A DNA stretch of 64,000 nucleotides from an uncultured bacterium (GCA_963722655.1 CAVRNT010000002.1:71461-135460), one strand, 5' to 3'; positions 1-15,107 are shown, counted from the first letter of the stretch. The notes: a model not told the origin generated them from the sequence alone. Made by a program: numbers and translations.

Positions 1-107
1 AATATGGTAAACCGTCTAAGTCTTTCGCCGTCGTCGCGTCGGGGCTCTATGATCTCGGCAAGATTTTTTCTTTACAAAAAAACGAATATGTCCATTTTGT
101 AAAAGAT

Positions 108-566
108 TTGTTTGAGATCGAGGACACAATAACGAAAAAAATCGGCGGCGTTGAAGTTGATGGAAAGAAACGTGGGTACTATGTGAAGATCTTTCCGTAT
201 TGGGATTTGAAAAACGCCAGCGTTGACGAAAGGTATTTGCAGGAATTGCACAGGAATATTGGCGGAAAAATAGACGATAGATTTTACATAATCGCTCCGG
301 CGAATAATGTAAATTTCATTAGCGACTATCAGCAGATAGGCAGTGTTCGGTATTATTTCCTGAAAGTGCCGTATCAGATAATCAAGGAATTGCACAAAGT
401 GCAATTTAAGAAATTTCGCCAGCCGCAAAGCAAAAGCCAAATCAATGACTTGGACGAGGCAATCGGTTTTCATTTTATTCGTCAGCCGGAAGTAAAATCG
501 GAAATTAAGAAGTTGAAAGATAAGATTGTCTTGAAAATAAAAAAGTTCGAATCCGCTTATTCTGAA
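108..566 (+). pseudogene. AT-rich ORF fragment, possibly a chimeric remnant. Residues 'KKIGGVEVDG' resemble 'EKIGGVTVAE' at the start of the downstream TraG-like fragment, so it may be a leftover of another coupling-protein paralog
   Basis: Frame-0 ORF 108..803 has coding-like AT-rich sequence only for its first ~150 codons. Beyond ~570 the translation becomes R/G-rich junk while frame 1 carries the real TraG-like ORF. No Walker A motif is present. Confidence 0.3.
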
Positions 567-567
567 G

Positions 568-2322
568 ATGAGGCTGGCGAAAAGCTCAAGAATTTCGAAA
601 GCTTGGCACAATCCTCTGGAGAAGATAGGCGGCGTCACGGTCGCCGAGCAGGTGAACGAACTCGTGAGCGGCTTCAGGAAAATCTGGTCCGATTCATGGG
701 GCGCCAGGATGGAAGACCTGATGAGGAACTCGATGATCGCCCTCGGCGAGTCCGGCAACACGCTGGTCGATCTGCCGGTCTTCCTTTCGAGGAGGGCGTT
801 TAGACAAATGGTCATGAGAAAAGTGACCCACCCGGTGGCAGTGGAATATTTCGCTAGGTTCGAAGCCATGACGGACCGGGCCCAGGTAACCTGGACCGAG
901 CCGGTCATGAATAAGGTGAACGCGCTCTTGTCGGATGACCGGGTCAGGCAGATATTCTCCGCGCCAGAAAGCTCTTTCGATCTGAGAGACGTGATCGATT
1001 CAAAGAAGATTCTCCTGATCAAGCTCGACAAGGGGAAGCTCAAGGACTCCGCGGATCTTCTGGGCGCCCTGCTTCTCGGCAAAGTCCAGATGGCCGCCTT
1101 TTCGAGAAGCGACCTGCCCCAGAGGAAGAGGATTCCGTTCTACCTCTACATTGATGAGTTCCAGAATTTCGCGACGGAGTCTTTTTCGCTGGTTCTTTCC
1201 GAGGCGAGGAAGTACGGCCTTTCGCTCATCATGGCACACCAGACGCTCGCCCAGATTCCGGACGAACTGAGAAGCCTGATCCTGGGAAACGCCGGTCTTC
1301 AGGTTTGCTTCCGGCTCAACCGGCAGGATGCCTCGCTTCTCGCGAAGGAGGCCTTCAGTTATTCCGGCAGGGAGGTGAAGGCAGTCAGTTCTTTCAGTCC
1401 GATCTATTGGAGTTTTTCCGAGGAATGGGAAATGAAAACGGAGGAGCTCCAGAATCTCCAGCCGCGGTTCTGCTACGTGAAGCACAAGGTGCGGGGCGGG
1501 CTGATATCAATCCAGACGGTCGAGATCGAACAACCTTGGGTTCCTGCGGGGATGGGCCAGGACGAATTCGAGAAGCATCTGGAAGCGTTGCCGTTCGGCA
1601 AAAAGTATCTTAGGACGAGGGCGGAGCTCTCATCCGAGATGAAGGAAAGGCAGGACCGAAACCTCAAGGTACTCCGGGTGAGGGAAGACGAGCGCCGGAA
1701 GTCCCTTGAAGCCGAGCGGCCGCGAAAAGAAAAAATGGCTGGCGCAGTATCGGTTCAAGAGCAGCCGAGCGAAGCTGAAAGGGAAGCTCTTCCTAATGCC
1801 ATTGAAACCTCAAACGAGAAGTCCGAGTCTCAGCACAGGTATTTGCAGACCCTCATAAAGAAAATGGCGGAGGGAAAGGGCTACCGGGCGACCATCGAAG
1901 CCGTGACGCCCGACGGCAAGGGCAGAGTTGACATCGTGCTTGAGAGGGAAAGCGAGAAGATAGCGTGCGAGATTTCGAGCACGACGGACGAATACCACGA
2001 GACCGAGAACATCAGGAAGTGCCTGCTCGCCGGTTACGGAGAGGTGATAATGTGTTCGCCGGACAGGAAGAAGGCGGAGAAGATCAAGGCGCTTGTGTCG
2101 GGACAGTTCGGACCGGACGACCAGGCGAAAGTCCTGTTCTTCACACCGGAAGAACTCGCCGCGTACTTCAGCGCCAAGGCCGAAGTCGTCCGCGAAAGCA
2201 AAATAAAGGGGTACAAGGTGAAGGTCCAGTATCCCGGCGGCGAGAATGCCGAGAAACGGAAACGCCAGGCGGTCGCCGACGTAATCCTGAAGTCCTTCCG
2301 ACGCCTCAGGAACGAGAAATGA
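568..2322 (+). pseudogene. N-terminally truncated TraG/TraD/VirD4-family type IV coupling protein (FtsK/HerA superfamily). It lacks Walker A and carries a C-terminal PD-(D/E)xK-like domain
   Basis: It contains 'YIDEFQNF' and 'LIMAHQTLAQIP' motifs typical of T4SS coupling ATPases. It aligns (~45% identity by eye) with the minus-strand ORF 8587..9763, which supplies the missing Walker A N-terminus. The in-frame stop at 538-540 means no ATPase N-domain lies upstream. The C-terminal 'GRVDIVLERESEKIACEIS' is restriction-endonuclease-fold-like. Confidence 0.6.
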
Positions 2323-2368
2323 AATCCGGTTGGGAAAATTCGCAATCAATAAATGAGGGAGACGATAA

Positions 2369-2752
2369 ATGAAAAAGTGGAACTTAAGCGTCGTGCTGAT
2401 CGGAGCGCTGTCGATTGCGCTGGCGATCAGTCTGGTAATGAACTTCTCAGGCGAGACCAAGGCTCAGATGTTTTCCAAAAATTTCTCTTCTCAACTGAAG
2501 GAGTGTGTTGGGGACACCTTGGGAATAAGGATAGACTCACAGGATCTGTCCATGCAACAGATGTACAACACTAAGGCGGTACTTCAAGAGGTGGGCTCTG
2601 ACTTTGTGAGGTTCGACGTTTTGATTGATGGGCAGCCGCTGGCGAAAGTTGTCGTGCCAATGAATTCGATTTCAAGAATCATGACTGGCTCCATAAAGGG
2701 CAAATTGGTGCTCTTCAACCTCAAATTCACGAGCGGTGAATTCATAGCTTGA
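2369..2752 (+). CDS. small exported or membrane-anchored hypothetical protein
   Basis: 127 aa with an N-terminal hydrophobic signal/TM segment 'LSVVLIGALSIALAISLV'. A 'gagggaga' SD sits 8 nt upstream of the ATG. Confidence 0.5.
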   Translation: MKKWNLSVVLIGALSIALAISLVMNFSGETKAQMFSKNFSSQLKECVGDTLGIRIDSQDLSMQQMYNTKAVLQEVGSDFVRFDVLIDGQPLAKVVVPMNSISRIMTGSIKGKLVLFNLKFTSGEFIA

Positions 2753-2762
2753 CCGCCGACCG

Positions 2763-4594
2763 TTAGCTTGAATTGTTCTGGCATTTTTGCCGTTTCATCA
2801 AGTTGCCATCGACAAATTCGACGACCTTCTTCATTACTGAGTGAAATGACCTGGCGCCACCGCGTTCCAGTCTGCTTAGGGTTGCCGGATCGATTCCGAT
2901 CAACCGGGCAAGCCCTTTTTGACTGAGACCAATGGACAGGCGATAGCGGAGGAGTTTGCCCGCTAAATCATGGTCTTCCGACGCGAAGGGATCGTATCCC
3001 AGAAATGATATGACCGCTGGGATTTCCCTTGGCAGGGGTTTTGTCCTGTTCTTTTCCCAGTTCCAGATCGTCGCTTCATCGACTTTGATGGTGTGTGCGA
3101 CCTGTTTCTGCGTCATCTTCAGGTCCAGCCGCCGTCTCCTGATGTGGTCGCCGACTGTCGCGACTTGCCGGGGGTACGCCTTGGAAACGGGCTTTTTAGC
3201 GATTAATTGGACATCAAGAATGGCAACGCAGGGATGAGGATGCGTTGCCATTGAGGGGGAATTCAAGGAGTGGGGGACGTAGGACAGGTTTATTTGGATT
3301 TCATCGCCGGACACGATGATCTTCTCCGTTATGGTTTCGACGATCCTGCGTTTCTCGCTGGGTTCCAGGCTGGACCATCGCGAGTACAGGTCTTGAGCCT
3401 CGTTAACGACCTCGTCGCTCGATAGGTACTGTATCTTGAGGAAATCGATCTCTCCCTGCAATTCGGGCAGTTGTCTCTCGATTTGCTTGAAACGCTCGTC
3501 CAGCGGCTTGTAATGCCTCCCAACGGCCTCCTGGGGCACCGTCTTGTCCAAGTAGAGTTTCATGATCCGGTCCATCTCCTCCCGGATGGTCTTGGATTCG
3601 GCATCGATGGTTTCGAGGAGGCGCTCCTTTTCCCGGATGGTCTCATCCGCATGGCTCAGGTATTTCGCGATTTCTTCTGGGGAGAAGAAGAAAGCCTTGA
3701 GCTGCTCCTGGAAAACAGACTCAAGGTCGGCGGTGGCGATCTTGTTATGGCACTTGCGGCAGTAGTAGTTGGCGGATTTCGAGGGGACCGGCATCCCCGT
3801 GCCGCACGCGGAACAGTAAACGAGGCCGGAGAAAAGGTGAAGCGACTTCCTGGCGGGGGGTCTCCTTTGGGCGTGTTGTTCCTCAAGCATCTGGTTGCAA
3901 TGGTCCCACGTCTCCTCGGAGACAATCGGCTCGATTTCGGATAGCACCCATTCGTCTTCCGGTTTCAGAATCCACTTCTTTCCCTCACCAAGGGACTTCG
4001 TGTAATTGGCTCGTCTCAAACCCTTGGCACTCGGATCGCGGAGAAGCCGGTCAACCGTCGTGTCGCTGAACTTGGAACCGTTCCTTGTCCTGTGACCCCG
4101 CTCGTTGAGCATCCGTGCCACTGTCTTCTTGCGGCGGTGTTCGAGGAAAAGATCGTACATGAGCCTCCTGACGGGAGCCTCCTTCGGCTCGGGGACCAGT
4201 TTTCTGTCCAGCCAACGGTAGCCGAACGGCGCCGCTCCGCAGCGGTTTCCCAGCTTCGCCGTATCGGGACGGAGGCGGCGACCTGTCGGCTATCTCCTCG
4301 CGTTCACTGGGCCATGGCGGCGATCATGGTGTAAAAGAGACGGCCTGACGAACTCGAAAATGTCGGATCAATTCCTGGAGCGAAACGAGGTCGGCGTATA
4401 TTGCCGGAATATCTCGGCGAACTCCAAGAGTTCGCGGGTATTCGGCGAGCCGTGCAGCTTGGAGAATATAAGTGCGGTTATCCGTCCGCACTTGATGTCG
4501 TCGAGCATGCGCTGTGTTTCTGGATAGCCCATGACGGTCTTTCCGCTCATCGCCTCAAGGTGGTAAATCTCTTTCACCTCCCAGCCTTCGACTC
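2763..4594 (-). pseudogene. large serine recombinase that is frameshifted and N-terminally truncated: resolvase domain fragments, recombinase domain, zinc ribbon and coiled-coil
   Basis: ORF 2763..4160 carries the recombinase domain and the zinc-beta-ribbon 'LVYCSACGTG...YYCRKCHNK'. ORF 4368..4577 is a resolvase-domain piece 'GWEVKEIYHLEAMSGKTVMGYPETQRMLDDIKCGRITALIFSKLHGSPNTRELLEF'. The next resolvase segment, 'GIDPTFSSSSGRLFYTMIAAMAQ', is in a different frame at 4320-4400, so there are at least two frameshifts. The catalytic-Ser N-terminus is lost into the homopolymer block at 4595. Confidence 0.8.
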
Positions 4595-9763
<5,169 letters not shown>

Positions 9764-9894
9764 AATTCCGGGTTATCCAGTACATAAGGAGTGTATTGTT
9801 GACGTGAGCGGCACGTTTACCATTCTTACGGACCGTTCCTCATCGCCTTACGATGAATCCAGAATCATTAAAAAAGAAAAAGGAGATGAGGATC

Positions 9895-10383
9895 ATGTCA
9901 TTCAACAAACATGAGAAGGTTGAAGTGGGATTCAACCAGGCGACGAGGCTCCGGCTCATCAAGACCGAACCCTTCATCGGCACCAACGATTACGGGAGGT
10001 ACTACCGCTATGACGTTCTCGACCTCGGCGACGACAAGGAGAAATCGTTCTTCGCCCCTGATTACCTCCATGAGGAGATGAAGGAGAAGGGGCTGGCCGC
10101 CGGGAAGGAATTCGCGGTGAAGAAGGTGCCCTTCAAGAATAACGGGAAACCTTCTTCGCGGATTGAGCTTTCCGTGAACGGCGCGGCTTCGCCACGAAGA
10201 GAAAACCATCAAGCATCGCCCAAGCTGAATTTCCGCGACATCATGCTGGAGTGCCTGAAGGACGCGGTCGAGATCGTGAATTCGGTGAAGGAGGTCCCGT
10301 TCCAGACGAATGATATCCGTTCCATCGCCGCGACGCTCTTCATCGCCAAGGTGAAGCAGTGGAATTACCGGGAAGGCGACTGA
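9895..10383 (+). CDS. hypothetical protein upstream of the SymE-like gene
   Basis: The ORF has an 'aaaaggag' SD 9 nt upstream of ATG 9895. Its stop overlaps the next start in a 'TGATCATG' junction. No recognisable domain. Confidence 0.5.
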   Translation: MSFNKHEKVEVGFNQATRLRLIKTEPFIGTNDYGRYYRYDVLDLGDDKEKSFFAPDYLHEEMKEKGLAAGKEFAVKKVPFKNNGKPSSRIELSVNGAASPRRENHQASPKLNFRDIMLECLKDAVEIVNSVKEVPFQTNDIRSIAATLFIAKVKQWNYREGD

Positions 10384-10385
10384 TC

Positions 10386-10679
10386 ATGGACAAGACGGAT
10401 AGCGCAGGGGCAGACACGGGTAAGCTGGCGGGTGACGGTGTGCGCAGACTCCGGAAAGTCCAGTATGCGTACTATGACCACGGCTCTGACGCGCCGCATC
10501 CAGTCATTCGGATAGCTGGGAAGTACCTTGAAAAATTCGGATTCAGAATCGGAGATACGATCGAGGTGGAGATCGGAAACGGTGAAATATCCATAAGCAA
10601 GCTGTCGGACTCCGTGGGGGATTACCTCAACGAAGCTGGTCCGGATTCCTCTGATGAATCCCAAAACAAAAGGGAGTAG
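10386..10679 (+). CDS. SymE-like (SymE_toxin / AbrB-fold) type I toxin family protein
   Basis: 'KVQYAYYDHGSDAPHPVIRIAGKYLEKFGFRIGDTIEVEIGNGEISIS' aligns with E. coli SymE '[48 protein letters not shown]'. Confidence 0.6.
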   Translation: MDKTDSAGADTGKLAGDGVRRLRKVQYAYYDHGSDAPHPVIRIAGKYLEKFGFRIGDTIEVEIGNGEISISKLSDSVGDYLNEAGPDSSDESQNKRE

Positions 10680-10697
10680 CTCAACTACTCCCTTTTT
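10668..10697 (+). terminator. rho-independent terminator after the SymE-like gene
   Basis: Perfect 12-bp stem aaaagggagtag / ctactccctttt with loop ctcaa, followed by a T-run. The stop codon lies inside the stem. Confidence 0.7.
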
Positions 10698-10722
10698 ACT
10701 TTACGAGAGAATCTAGTTCATC

Positions 10723-10752
10723 TTGACTCAGGCGAATATCCAAACATATACT
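10723..10752 (+). promoter_or_regulatory. sigma70-like promoter (TTGACT, 18 bp spacer, TATACT), probably giving a leaderless transcript for the 10760 gene
   Basis: Hexamers are seen in the sequence. The ATG at 10760 lies 7 nt downstream of the -10 and there is no SD. Confidence 0.45.
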
Positions 10753-10759
10753 TTTAATA

Positions 10760-11770
10760 ATGGATAAGGAAACTCAACTGAAATTCAGAATATCAAAGAT
10801 CGCCAATCAATTTTTCTTCATTACCAATTTGGCTGAATGGGATTTCAGTTGTAGGACGGAATATAGTGCCTTGTGGATTGAACACACTGGCCCTCTTAAT
10901 GCGGAGGAAAAAGAAACGCTCCTAGCGGTGAAGAAGATCATACAGGCACACAGTCCCTATCATTATGAGGATGGGCGATCAAATTCACTTTGGAATTGTT
11001 TCTACACGCTTTCAAGCAGTTCTGCTTGGAAACGTGCGAGACTCGCCCTCACCGATTCGGATTACAACCAATTGAAGCGGGCTTTCAATCTGTTCGATTG
11101 GCGCTTCAAGAGAATTTGGCGGCGTTCAAATCTGCAAAAGGACGTTTCGAGACTGAAGCAGCTATCTCAGGCAAGGAGTTGCCGTGTTGCCATTCGAGAA
11201 ATGTTCCACTTCTTGGGGCTGACGGACATTCCATCGCAGCTGGAGGTTGTCGCATTGATGTCCCCGCTTAGTGGCGATTCGGTGACTGCTGCGGGTGGTG
11301 CAAACGTGGATGATCGACATATTACTCTCGAAATCCCATCACTGAGGCCCAATACATGGGAATTGGAACACTCTCTAGGGGTTCTAATCCACGAGGTAGG
11401 CCATATCGCGATGAGAATAGGTGCGAAAGCGGGATCTCTTGTCAAGAATATGAGCGGGAACATTAGGTTCGGCCAGAATCAAAGGCCCTTTCGCGAAATT
11501 TTGGAGGAGACGATCATAGATTGCCTTGCCCCTTCTGGCTTTCTCGCTCAACATTACTTTCGGTTCAAGCCAACAACATTGTTCACAGAAGACATGCCAC
11601 GCATCTTCGAACACTTTCTCAGGTTCAAAAGCGGCCGTCGATATTCGCCGTACAAAGTTGGCCAATATTTTGTCTGGCAACTCTATCCAATCACCGCATC
11701 ATACATGGGGAACAAAAAGACCATCGACAAAGCCTTTGTCGAATGCGTTGTCAATTTACTGAAGAGGTAA
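10760..11770 (+). CDS. hypothetical protein with an HExxH zinc-metallopeptidase-like motif
   Basis: 336 aa. 'VLIHEVGHIAM' is followed ~30 aa later by 'EILEE'. AT-rich. Its 3' end overlaps the convergent rSAM gene by 20 nt. Confidence 0.5.
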   Translation: MDKETQLKFRISKIANQFFFITNLAEWDFSCRTEYSALWIEHTGPLNAEEKETLLAVKKIIQAHSPYHYEDGRSNSLWNCFYTLSSSSAWKRARLALTDSDYNQLKRAFNLFDWRFKRIWRRSNLQKDVSRLKQLSQARSCRVAIREMFHFLGLTDIPSQLEVVALMSPLSGDSVTAAGGANVDDRHITLEIPSLRPNTWELEHSLGVLIHEVGHIAMRIGAKAGSLVKNMSGNIRFGQNQRPFREILEETIIDCLAPSGFLAQHYFRFKPTTLFTEDMPRIFEHFLRFKSGRRYSPYKVGQYFVWQLYPITASYMGNKKTIDKAFVECVVNLLKR

Positions 11771-12881
11771 CATCAAGGGGCGTGGACTTTAGCTTACCGC
11801 TTGAGATAATATCTCTGATTCTCGTCTGGATATAACGGAAGGTTTCCTGCCGAGCCTCGCAATATGGATAGTCGCCGTCATATCTTCCGGAATGCCAATA
11901 CGACGCCTCTCGGCAGCCGCCACGGCAGAGGGATAGGTACGCGCACTTGAGACATTTTGCGTTTACGTGCACTGAACGCATCTTCCTTAGTTTATGTGTT
12001 TTCTTTGACGATAGGATTTTGATAAGCGGTTCGGAGAAAACATTTCCTAGGACAAATTCTTCGGATGAAAATGAACCGCATGGCATGACTGTCCCGTCTG
12101 GTGCCACCGTAACCATTCTCTTAAGACAAGATGAGCTGAAAGAACACAGCTGTGGCGGAATGCCGAGTAATGATTGCACCATACTGTATATCGGGTCCAG
12201 TGTCAGCATGGTCTCGTTGCTTGGGTCAACCCACAATTCGAAGGTAGTCCGATAAAGTTCGAAGAGTTCCTCATTGGTGGGGGCTTCCACTCGTCTGCCA
12301 TTTGGGGTGCTCATCAATGGTAGTAACGAGTAAGAGGTTGCTCCCGATGAAGAGAAGAAACGATATATCTCGGAACCCCGCAGAACATTTCTTTTGGTTA
12401 CAACGCATAGGAAGCTGAGGGGGAACTTCTTCTCCCGCATGAGTGTGATGGTATGAGAAATCTCCGCTTCAATACCTGGATCTCCCATTGTTCTTTGGAA
12501 CCTTTGCACATCAGGTGGGGCGTCATAGCTGACACCTACGGAAAACTTATTCTTGTTAAAGAATTCTAGCCATTCACCATTGATCAGCGTTCCATTGGTC
12601 TGCAAAGTGTTCTTGAAGACTGTTGCGTTTTTCCTGGTGATCTCAGTTTCGGTTTCAACGGCTGTCTCATAGAATTCTAACCCTGCCAACATTGGTTCGC
12701 CGCCATGCCAGGTGAATTTGACTGAGTCAAAGCCTCGCGACGCATTTCGGACCACATTCTGCATTTCAGCGACGGACATTTTGCACACGCCCTTCCTTGA
12801 AGCCATGACATAACAATCATAGCCACAATGCATATTGCATTCGGAACTGGTCTGAACGATGACACTAATTGTGTTGCCCAA
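11751..12881 (-). CDS. radical SAM enzyme with a C-terminal SPASM domain (peptide/protein-modifying maturase family)
   Basis: The N-terminal Cys cluster is 'CNMHCGYDC' (CX3CX3C spacing as translated) and a 'WHGGEPMLAG' SAM-binding motif follows. The C-terminal SPASM motifs are 'C-x10-G' and 'CLKCAYLSLCRGGC' (CX2CX5CX3C), plus a final 'YPYC'. The start is a TTG. Confidence 0.8.
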   Translation of the reverse strand: MGNTISVIVQTSSECNMHCGYDCYVMASRKGVCKMSVAEMQNVVRNASRGFDSVKFTWHGGEPMLAGLEFYETAVETETEITRKNATVFKNTLQTNGTLINGEWLEFFNKNKFSVGVSYDAPPDVQRFQRTMGDPGIEAEISHTITLMREKKFPLSFLCVVTKRNVLRGSEIYRFFSSSGATSYSLLPLMSTPNGRRVEAPTNEELFELYRTTFELWVDPSNETMLTLDPIYSMVQSLLGIPPQLCSFSSSCLKRMVTVAPDGTVMPCGSFSSEEFVLGNVFSEPLIKILSSKKTHKLRKMRSVHVNAKCLKCAYLSLCRGGCREASYWHSGRYDGDYPYCEARQETFRYIQTRIRDIISSGKLKSTPLDVTSSVN

Positions 12882-13057
12882 AAGAATTAGTCGCCCCCCA
12901 TACTAACGCGCGGTGCTCTCAATGGGTATGATCGTGCCGCGGCTCGTCAGAATGGTGCTCGTGCGTATCCGTGTATCTGTCGCAGTTCTTTGATTTGGAA
13001 GAGTCGTGACTCAGAAATTCCAACGCTTCTCTGACGACTCGGCCATGGAACTTTCAA

Positions 13058-15055
13058 ATGCTCTTTCACATACTAAAGCAAGTGAAATATGAACCTAGAG
13101 ATAGAGTCTATGTGGGGACTGATGACCCATCTGCTTACAAGTATTCAGTAGTAGATTCCCTTTCCATTTCAACAAAAGATGATGATTTTTTCTTTAAAGG
13201 AATTGGGAAGATTCTACTTAATCAGGGTCTAAATTGTGTGATTGGTCCACGAGGAGCGGGGAAATCCACAATGCTAGATGTCATTGCGTTGAGTTTGGGA
13301 AATTTAGATGTACTAAAAGAAAACAGAAATAACTACGTCGGGTATTTCTTCAAGACAGGTGACGCAGGTATCGTAAAGTCACTCGTAAGAAATTCCTCTA
13401 CCGGAGAAAATAAGGAGTTGTCGGCTGCAACGGCAAAGGCAAGTGGGTTCGTATTCGATTACTATCATCAGAAACAGATAGGTTACTTAGCCGATCCCAA
13501 TAACGAAGAAATTTTAAGTCGCTTTCTATTCGAGAAAATCTTCAAAGAAGGACGTGGGTTGGATTCAATATTCAGCGAGATGAATGAACAAAGAGATAAA
13601 TGTGTTTCGAGCCTTGCAATTAATAGAGAGAAAGTGGTCGCCTGTGAAAAGGAAATTGCCAAGGAAACAGATGTACGCGGGAAGATTGATGACAAAACCA
13701 ACAGAGCACAATTCCTTTCACAGGAGGAAATTAAACATCTATTAAATCAAAGGAATAAGGTAATTAAACTACGCGAACAAGTAAAAAGAATAAAAACGCG
13801 GGTCGATAGAATTGACGAAGAGCCACTTATTGCAGAAGGCGAATTGGTTGACTCTGCTTTTTTCTCAGACCTTAAGCTTAGTTCGGTTGACCCGGAAGGG
13901 ACACTAATCCCGGCCGAGTGGAAAAAATTAGAAAAAGATGCAAACGAGTTTGTGACATCCTTAGGCAAGACAAGGGTGAGCCTCGAATCAGAAGTTGTGG
14001 GTTTCACAAAGAAGGTTGTGGAGTTGGAACCGTTATTCAAGTTCGATCAGGAACTTGAGGGGATATGGAAACAAATCCAGGCAGAATCTAGCAAGAAGGG
14101 TGTCACTATAACAAAGATCGATCTGGAGCGGCTGGATGCGATTCAAAAGGAAGTTGCTTCATTAGAAAAACAGTTACAGACAATCGAGGCACACAAAAGA
14201 GAGAGAACGACCTTCCTTGAAGAACGAGGGAGGCTACTGAAGGAATACAACGATCACCTAGTCACGGTGAAGAGTAGTCTAGAAGGTAATTTTAGAGACC
14301 TACTGGATAAAGATGGCGCTATTCTTGAAAACACAATTAAATTGGAAGTGGAGATTAACCTATCCCTAGACTCTTATCTGTCGGTCATTGAGGAAAAAGC
14401 TCAGCACGAGGCCGGAAGTGATGTAGCAAGATTTCCTAATAGAAAGTCCCTCCTCGAGCTTTTTAAGAGTTTGACTGCAGAGAAAGTATTACGCGACTTA
14501 CGCAATAACTATTTTGAAGACTGGATTGGACCTGGCTTTGGCTCTGGTGGCTTGGACTATTTTAGGAAGATGTCGAATCGCGAGGAGGTCGCTATGTATA
14601 TTGAGGAGCAATTGCCAACCCTGACATCGCGATTGACCTGGAGGCCAGACCAATCAAAGGAATTTAAACCTCTGAGAAAATGCTCCATTGGTGAGAGAGG
14701 AACAGCGCTACTGAGCGTAATTTTGATCGCGGGCCGAGAACCACTTGTCATAGACCAACCCGAGGATGATCTCGACCATTTTTATTTATTTAAAACCCTC
14801 ACGCCAATAATCAAAGAAGTTAAGAAGAGAAGGCAATTATTATTTGCCACACACGACGCTAATATCGTTGTCAACGGTGATGCTGAGTTGATTCTGATTG
14901 TAGCCACGGATGATGGAAAATACGGTGATATTACTACCTCGTCGATAGAAGACTTGAGAAATAGGACGAGGATAATGGGCATATTGGAAGGTGGCGAGGA
15001 TGCTTTCACAAAAAGAGAGCAGAAGTACAATTTCCCTCGACAGAAATCATCTTAG
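13058..15055 (+). CDS. SMC/RecN/RecF-like ABC-type ATPase with a long coiled-coil insert (665 aa), possibly a conflict/defence-system ATPase
   Basis: Walker A 'GPRGAGKST' at aa ~65. A ~300 aa heptad-rich K/E/L region. Signature-like 'SIGERG', Walker B 'LVIDQPEDDLD' and H-loop 'FATHD' near the C-terminus. AT-rich island gene. Confidence 0.75.
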   Translation: MLFHILKQVKYEPRDRVYVGTDDPSAYKYSVVDSLSISTKDDDFFFKGIGKILLNQGLNCVIGPRGAGKSTMLDVIALSLGNLDVLKENRNNYVGYFFKTGDAGIVKSLVRNSSTGENKELSAATAKASGFVFDYYHQKQIGYLADPNNEEILSRFLFEKIFKEGRGLDSIFSEMNEQRDKCVSSLAINREKVVACEKEIAKETDVRGKIDDKTNRAQFLSQEEIKHLLNQRNKVIKLREQVKRIKTRVDRIDEEPLIAEGELVDSAFFSDLKLSSVDPEGTLIPAEWKKLEKDANEFVTSLGKTRVSLESEVVGFTKKVVELEPLFKFDQELEGIWKQIQAESSKKGVTITKIDLERLDAIQKEVASLEKQLQTIEAHKRERTTFLEERGRLLKEYNDHLVTVKSSLEGNFRDLLDKDGAILENTIKLEVEINLSLDSYLSVIEEKAQHEAGSDVARFPNRKSLLELFKSLTAEKVLRDLRNNYFEDWIGPGFGSGGLDYFRKMSNREEVAMYIEEQLPTLTSRLTWRPDQSKEFKPLRKCSIGERGTALLSVILIAGREPLVIDQPEDDLDHFYLFKTLTPIIKEVKKRRQLLFATHDANIVVNGDAELILIVATDDGKYGDITTSSIEDLRNRTRIMGILEGGEDAFTKREQKYNFPRQKSS

Positions 15056-15107
15056 TAGGACACTTGCGAATTTGATTTAAGCAGGCGAAAATTATTAAGG
15101 TGATACT

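Noticed and set aside
72-1082. 336-aa minus-strand ORF
   Set aside because: It is antisense to the TraG-like fragment and the AT-rich ORF, has no motifs and a low-complexity hydrophobic composition. It is a spurious long ORF
12882-13057. Searched the divergent intergenic region for an rSAM precursor peptide
   Set aside because: Only 10-15 codon ORFs without RBS were found (e.g. MAESSEKRWNF). Nothing resembles a leader-core peptide
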